Assembly: GCA_034440535.1 (NCBI GenBank)
Contig: JAWXCD010000004.1
Span: 2,803-66,802 of the forward strand
Reading direction: 5' to 3'
Length of the DNA stretch: 64,000 nt
Source of the DNA: Verrucomicrobiota bacterium
GTDB taxonomy: Bacteria; Verrucomicrobiota; Verrucomicrobiia; JAWXBN01; JAWXCD01
Positions 60,401 through 64,000 of this stretch are shown here, in pieces. Position 1 is the first letter of the stretch. The number at the start of each line of letters is the position of its first letter. The position numbers were made by a program, and so were the translations under genes. The notes below the pieces were generated by a model. The model was not told the origin of the DNA and did no database searches. It saw only the letters and a program-made list of their open reading frames with translations.

Positions 60401-61300
60401 GGTCGTGACACGCAAACCTTGAGGGCCTTCTTCATCGTTGAGTGATAAGATTTCTTGCAACTCGTCCATGGTCTTGGCCATGAAATAACTGTTTATACCC
60501 GATGAACGTGAGGCGACTACTTTGACCGGACGGGATTTAAGGAGACTGCTTGCTTGGGCAGTCAAGTGCCCTTCAGTGGCCAAAACTTCCAGTACAAGGT
60601 CCCGCCGAACTTTTGCTTTTTCCGCGTTGCGCCTAGGCGATCCGCTGGTCGGGGCGCGAATCACGCCTGCAAGGAGGGCGCATTCATCCACGGTTAATTC
60701 CATCGGTTTTTTGTCAAAATACCCGCGCGCAGCCGCGCCAAGCCCGAAGTAGCCACTTCCGAAATAAATGCGGTTGGCGTACAGATCAAGTATCTCCGAC
60801 TTGGTATATTGGCCTTCAATGCGGAGAGCCAGAAACGCTTCAAGTATTTTGCGATCGAGCGTTCGCTCAAACTTCCCCAGAACGTGTTTGGAAAGTTGTT
60901 GACTGATTGTACTTCCGCCTTGAGCCATTTTGCCCGCACGCACGTTCTGAACAGCAGCGCGTAAAATGCCGCGAGAATCAATTCCACCGTGTTTATAGAA
61001 ACGTCTATCTTCAGCAGCCATGAGGGCTAGCCGGAAATTGTCCGGAATTTCATCGTGCGTCAGCAAGAGCCGATCTTCGATGAACAACCGTCCAATTTCT
61101 CGTCCGTACCGGTCAAAGAACTGGTTGGTGGTGTTGACATCCCCGATCCCAGATAAGTCGATGCTCTGAGCGCGTTCGTAATAATAAATCATCCGGGTCG
61201 ACGCCCAGAAAGAGAAAAGAAGAAAAGGCGTCACGGTGCCCCAAAAAATCAGGCGTTTCCAACGACGCCAAAAGGCAGCTAGGGGGGCGCGTATTTCCAT
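57443..61300 (-). CDS. multi-domain penicillin-binding protein: GT51 transglycosylase + degenerate class-A transpeptidase-like module + class-B (PBP2/FtsI-like) transpeptidase
   Basis: TG motifs 'EDRRFYKHGGID', 'QGGSTISQQLSKHV', 'RIYFGSGYFGL'. C-terminal TP with SxxK 'GSIFK', SxN 'SYN', 'KTGT'. Middle module has 'GTALHP' where SxxK is expected. Confidence 0.8.
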   Translation of the reverse strand: MEIRAPLAAFWRRWKRLIFWGTVTPFLLFSFWASTRMIYYYERAQSIDLSGIGDVNTTNQFFDRYGREIGRLFIEDRLLLTHDEIPDNFRLALMAAEDRRFYKHGGIDSRGILRAAVQNVRAGKMAQGGSTISQQLSKHVLGKFERTLDRKILEAFLALRIEGQYTKSEILDLYANRIYFGSGYFGLGAAARGYFDKKPMELTVDECALLAGVIRAPTSGSPRRNAEKAKVRRDLVLEVLATEGHLTAQASSLLKSRPVKVVASRSSGINSYFMAKTMDELQEILSLNDEEGPQGLRVTTTIDEPLQRIAEFEVRRNIESMRKNPANPIPDLQGACVMLDSKSGGIRALVGGSEFSKTPFDRATMAYRDVGTALHPLLYAMAFEQMGFSPATLMNASAIEPGTKPDQWGPLSGSPAQNPAAFFITIQDALATGNFSTARRLFNTLGPAQVSAVLTKVGLENPQVQKNGTVPLNLITLCSLFQTFSNEGQYLKPHIIEKVVTQEGEVLYNAKPESRVIFQPMTAQQVSLTLKQALSDGTAGGSFLATTLPSAVVGMSGISEGMRDTLFVGYSPEALVTAVWLGRDDGGGLGTRAHIRDMAVPLWVSLMSKALVVQPGLIEYPAPEGLQKYEVNRYSGKVRGLALLAPQRNGVVCYLTKDQVSKAQSLATDENAAPEGWSARLTSMILEGELKGPTDQSTFTRTGIPPVLEMRVPGVRGQVITSDGAPLAHTVQTYDLVLSWPSTDVAPTAALAVAWVKKQVLVIPPILPRAKLPPDSFLEQLYVNRRFEPVTVVENLTRGQIDSYYQTKLNAVGFGLRGKPTRAYPGNAMFAHGIGYLRRTQKPNDGIFVAREVVQDSFAGATGIEQMLDEELAGQEGTFQIATTPDGFTRSASITKTPKPGAEVTLTIDSKLQASLEKALAKRQASAGVIIDIATGDVLAMASLPSFNPNEFLPALPPQKWKTLTSDSQKPLLNRAMQLHYPPGSIFKVVTALAAMRAGVFDPTRTVNCPGYFQVGNVTYNLPKERGVVSFNTALAYSYNTYFFDLGLRTGKEFLFATAREVGLGQPTGIILPGEVEGRVPTAEFVRKTHKRTLGPGDVTNASIGQGDVLVTPLQMARVMAMLASNGKLFHPRLVKQVRRADGSIQVTPVKVDKTVTFATSDLARLREGMVSVSEMGTGSAVRFKGIRVAAKTGTAQVGTKASPKSVAWMSGYLPADKPKYAFTVMTEGAPSEDIGGGKTVGPLLRETFLPWYPGALESEAEVKPDSEQANPDAGERGPDEYLIE

Positions 61301-61310
61301 ATATCAAATA

Positions 61311-63641
61311 TTATAAAGCTGGTCGTGCATCGTCGACATCTTCTTCAAAAATATTTGCGCCCTTTGAAAACTCAGCAGGCACAGGTGGTCCAATCAGGTA
61401 AGGCTTAGGTTCGTTGTGTTCATCAGAGGATGGGCTTGAATTCACCGGTTCCGCGACGGGTGGAGTGCGAGTTTCGGCTTTGGAAGCGTCAGGCGTCTGG
61501 ATATCTTGCACGGCCACAGGCAGGGGATCATTAGTTGATTTTACAGGGGTAATGACCGGTTTTTCCGCTTTTATGACTTGCACAGGAGACGTGGATACCG
61601 GAAGGGGAGATTTAACCGCCGCAACGATGGCTGGGGGCTTGGGTGCCTTGCGCTCGGCCAAGACTTGTGCGGCTTCGGGTGAGTGTAGGGCCATGTAAAA
61701 AGCCGTTTTTTTGTCGGGTTTACTTCCAAGTAACCAGGCCATATGTCCTAACAATGCTGCGCGCCGATACTCCCGGGCCGCTTCCATTTTACCAGCAAAT
61801 GAGGGTATGCTCGCAAACGAATCAGCACGCTCTAAGGACAATAAAATAATCGTCGTGGGTATGTTAGCTTGAGTTAAACTTTTTATCTTCGAAAGCACTT
61901 GTAACCGAGCACTGCGGATATCCTGATCAGTAATCTTCTTTTCTGCATCCTGTCCGTACTTGTTTTCAAGATAGGAAGTTTCAGCGAATGCGTTTACCCA
62001 CAGGAAACAACGAGCGGTATCGCTCACCTTTTCAAGGTCCGCTATGGCCACGGTCGGTTGAGGCGCACTATACGCCGTGCCCGGATCAAACCCGGGTTGG
62101 ACAGAAGTAAGCGAGGCTTTGAATTTTTTCATTTCGGCTTGTCTATTCGTTAAATATTGGAGATCGCGAATGGTGCGAGCATGCGAGAGCACCCGGGTAT
62201 CCGTGACATTTTCAGCGAAATTTGCCGAAGCGATTATTGAAGAAAAATGCTCCCCTGAAGAAAGAAGTGTGGAAGTGAGTTGAGGCAACAATAGAGTGCC
62301 ACGGTTCAAATCGGGTACATTTGATGTAACCACCAACGGCGCCAATTGATCATAAAATGCAGCACACTTCATGGAATACTTAGATTGCGCTAACGCAAAA
62401 GCAAGTAGCTCGCGTGACTTTTGGCGGTCCGCAACGGGTGCGTTCGAACGATCATGATGCGTTTGTCTCGCCAAAACTAATGCACCGTCGAGTTCGGAAG
62501 TGATACGCGTCAACGCTTCGTTGCGCTCCGCTAGAAAAAGGGCGGAGGCCACTTCGTCCTTATCGAAAGTCGATCCGTATTTTAACTTATCGATGGATTT
62601 GATTAAGGCATCACCCTCGTTGAGGGCGGTTTGAATGTCTGCTTCTGATACGGGCTTAGAATTGGTGAGGCCCATGGATCGAGCATTGGCTTGTTCGAAG
62701 GACGTACGCGCCGCATACACCCGTCCGTTTCTAAATTGTTCCATTCCCTTTTCATGCAGGGTAAAAATTTCTTCCCAAGAACGTTTGTTCGCTCGACTCA
62801 AGGAGGTCTGTGTCGTGGGGTCTTGGGGCCAAAGGGCTAAGTTTTTTTCAAGCGCACCCAGTTCTTCACGAGCTTGTTTTTCAAGGAAATCAAACACTTT
62901 ACCTTCCACTTGGGCCATCACTGTGGAGGGTGGAGTCATGGACAAATCTTTCTTCAACGTTTGCTCAACAGCATCAAGTAACGTGTCGGCTGTGGTGCAA
63001 CGAAGCCCAAGTTCAGCTGCCAGTTTGGCCACGTTAACGAGTTCTTTATTTCCACGTTCATCCATTTTTTGGGCGGTTGGGATAATCACATGCTTGATCC
63101 CGGACTTAGCGGCGATACTGATCCGCTCAGCTAAATGGGTGACCGCGCTCAATGAACCATCCGCATTGAGATTTCCAATGACAGCAATATCTTGAGGAAT
63201 TGGATGTCCGGAAGAAATGGCGACGAGACCAACCCCTAATCCTGCACTGAGACCTGACCCGTCCGTTTTGGGGATTCCAGTGATCTCCCAATGTGCCGCG
63301 AGCCAGGGCTGTTGCGAGACAACTGTGCTACCGATTGCGGCAAGCCACATCTGTGCTCGAAAAGCTTCTAAGGTCTTCGGGTCGGACGGGTTCTTGAAAT
63401 CGAATGTCAGGGCTTCATCGATTTCGTTTGCTTCTATCTTTGGTTGCCAATGAAGTTTGACCTTCACGAGAGTCGGCGTTTGACCATGGGCAGTAACTAC
63501 GATCAAAGGTACCTCTTGGGCGTATTGATTTTCAGTTCTCACCAGCGGCTGTTGTGTCTCAGCCGACAATATGAAACATGCTGAAATCTGTGTTAATACA
63601 CACAAAACCGATACTCGCTTGCTCAATCCAAATACATTCAC
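61311..63641 (-). CDS. secreted protein with Lon-protease (S16) C-terminal-type proteolytic domain near N-terminus, long helical region and Pro-rich tail
   Basis: signal peptide; 'DGSGLSAGLGVGLVAISSGHPIPQDIAVIGNLNADGSLSAVTHLAERISIAAKSGIKHVIIP' resembles Lon_C 'DGPSAG...TGE..L.G.V..IGG...K..AA..AG...V.IP'. Confidence 0.55.
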   Translation of the reverse strand: MNVFGLSKRVSVLCVLTQISACFILSAETQQPLVRTENQYAQEVPLIVVTAHGQTPTLVKVKLHWQPKIEANEIDEALTFDFKNPSDPKTLEAFRAQMWLAAIGSTVVSQQPWLAAHWEITGIPKTDGSGLSAGLGVGLVAISSGHPIPQDIAVIGNLNADGSLSAVTHLAERISIAAKSGIKHVIIPTAQKMDERGNKELVNVAKLAAELGLRCTTADTLLDAVEQTLKKDLSMTPPSTVMAQVEGKVFDFLEKQAREELGALEKNLALWPQDPTTQTSLSRANKRSWEEIFTLHEKGMEQFRNGRVYAARTSFEQANARSMGLTNSKPVSEADIQTALNEGDALIKSIDKLKYGSTFDKDEVASALFLAERNEALTRITSELDGALVLARQTHHDRSNAPVADRQKSRELLAFALAQSKYSMKCAAFYDQLAPLVVTSNVPDLNRGTLLLPQLTSTLLSSGEHFSSIIASANFAENVTDTRVLSHARTIRDLQYLTNRQAEMKKFKASLTSVQPGFDPGTAYSAPQPTVAIADLEKVSDTARCFLWVNAFAETSYLENKYGQDAEKKITDQDIRSARLQVLSKIKSLTQANIPTTIILLSLERADSFASIPSFAGKMEAAREYRRAALLGHMAWLLGSKPDKKTAFYMALHSPEAAQVLAERKAPKPPAIVAAVKSPLPVSTSPVQVIKAEKPVITPVKSTNDPLPVAVQDIQTPDASKAETRTPPVAEPVNSSPSSDEHNEPKPYLIGPPVPAEFSKGANIFEEDVDDARPAL

Positions 63642-63868
63642 GCAGTACCTTAAGCCTTTGTCGTGCCATGTATCCCAGCTTTCATATATAACGACCTTGA
63701 AATGCGGTTAAGATCCTCAATTTTAATGGGTTATATCAAATGAGTTACTTGCTCAGCGGAAAGCATTAATAAGAATAGTCATGGTATCGATTCACATTGC
63801 CATTTAGTGCGTCCAACAATGTTATTTGAGGTGCAACGCTTTTTTGGACCAGGGACCAGGGGACGGAA

Positions 63869-64000
63869 GAATTTAGGGACAGGAAGACAACGGTGTCCAA
63901 AATTTGAGATTATAAAGTCGCATAAAGGCGTTGTAATTGAGACAAAGAATTTAGGGACAAGAGACAAAGAATTTAGGGACAGGCTAATAGTTGTAGACAG
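63869..64000 (+). repeat. second cluster of the REP-like family (GAATTTAGGGACAGG...; GAGACAAAGAATTTAGGGACA x2; ...GGGACAGGCTAATAGTTGTAGACAG)
   Basis: three copies of 'AATTTAGGGACA(G/A)G' with the 'GCTA(A/T)TAGT' extension on the last, same orientation as the array at 42.9 kb; runs off window end. Confidence 0.8.

Noticed and set aside
63779-63967. 62-aa minus-strand ORF
   Set aside because: It lies within the REP-like repeat cluster and is likely non-coding.

Overview
This is about 64 kb of bacterial chromosome with roughly 50% GC. Long-form pst permeases, the PBP architecture and two tRNAs make a PVC-superphylum (Verrucomicrobia-like) organism plausible, though the phylum call is low confidence. 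Most of the window is housekeeping.

In order it contains:
- a standalone ClpB-D2-like AAA+ ORF
- pstC-pstA-pstB-phoU
- two hypothetical proteins
- a PAP2 phosphatase (-)
- a TlpA-like thioredoxin
- an OGG1-type glycosylase
- a GT-C membrane protein, an FHA protein and an RlmD-like methyltransferase
- carB
- a lipoprotein
- tRNA-Asn (-)
- a 553-aa Pro/Ala-rich repeat protein (-)
- a UDP-xylose-synthase-like gene (-)
- tRNA-Leu (-)
- an OmpA-like protein
- an ABC-2 ATPase with two permeases
- a TPP-enzyme gene remnant
- an LpxL-family acyltransferase
- an HI0933-like flavoprotein
- a minus-strand prs-rplY(ctc)-pth-rpsF-ssb-rplI operon
- an sbcD/sbcC (YhaO/YhaN-like) pair
- a CPA2 antiporter with RCK_C (-)
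- a heavy-metal module (CnrX/CpxP-like sensor, ECF sigma, His-rich periplasmic protein, CzcC/CzcB/CzcA-like RND pump, YgiW/BOF)
- a TPR protein (-)
- a Gfo/Idh/MocA oxidoreductase
- a McsA-like UVR protein
- an operon (-) of a periplasmic Lon(S16)-domain protein plus a 1285-aa multi-domain PBP.

The most unusual part is an accessory patch at about 42.1-45.5 kb. It has:
- a 5'-truncated gene running into an array of about 3.5 contiguous ~45-nt repeats
- a DUF2442/DUF4160 (toxin-antitoxin-like) pair
- an internally deleted COG1943 (IS200-like/RAYT-type) transposase remnant, followed by one inverted copy of the same repeat
- a barstar-like immunity ORF paired with a start-less toxin-like C-terminal fragment.

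The same repeat family reappears at the right edge of the window (63.87-64.0 kb). A second unexplained structure is an approximately 206-bp tandem repeat (2.5 copies) with strong hairpins and a partially inverted internal segment, in the divergent intergenic region at 54.69-55.09 kb. I did not find a canonical CRISPR array or an obvious complete defense system. The claim of novelty is therefore limited to these repeat and remnant structures and is tentative.
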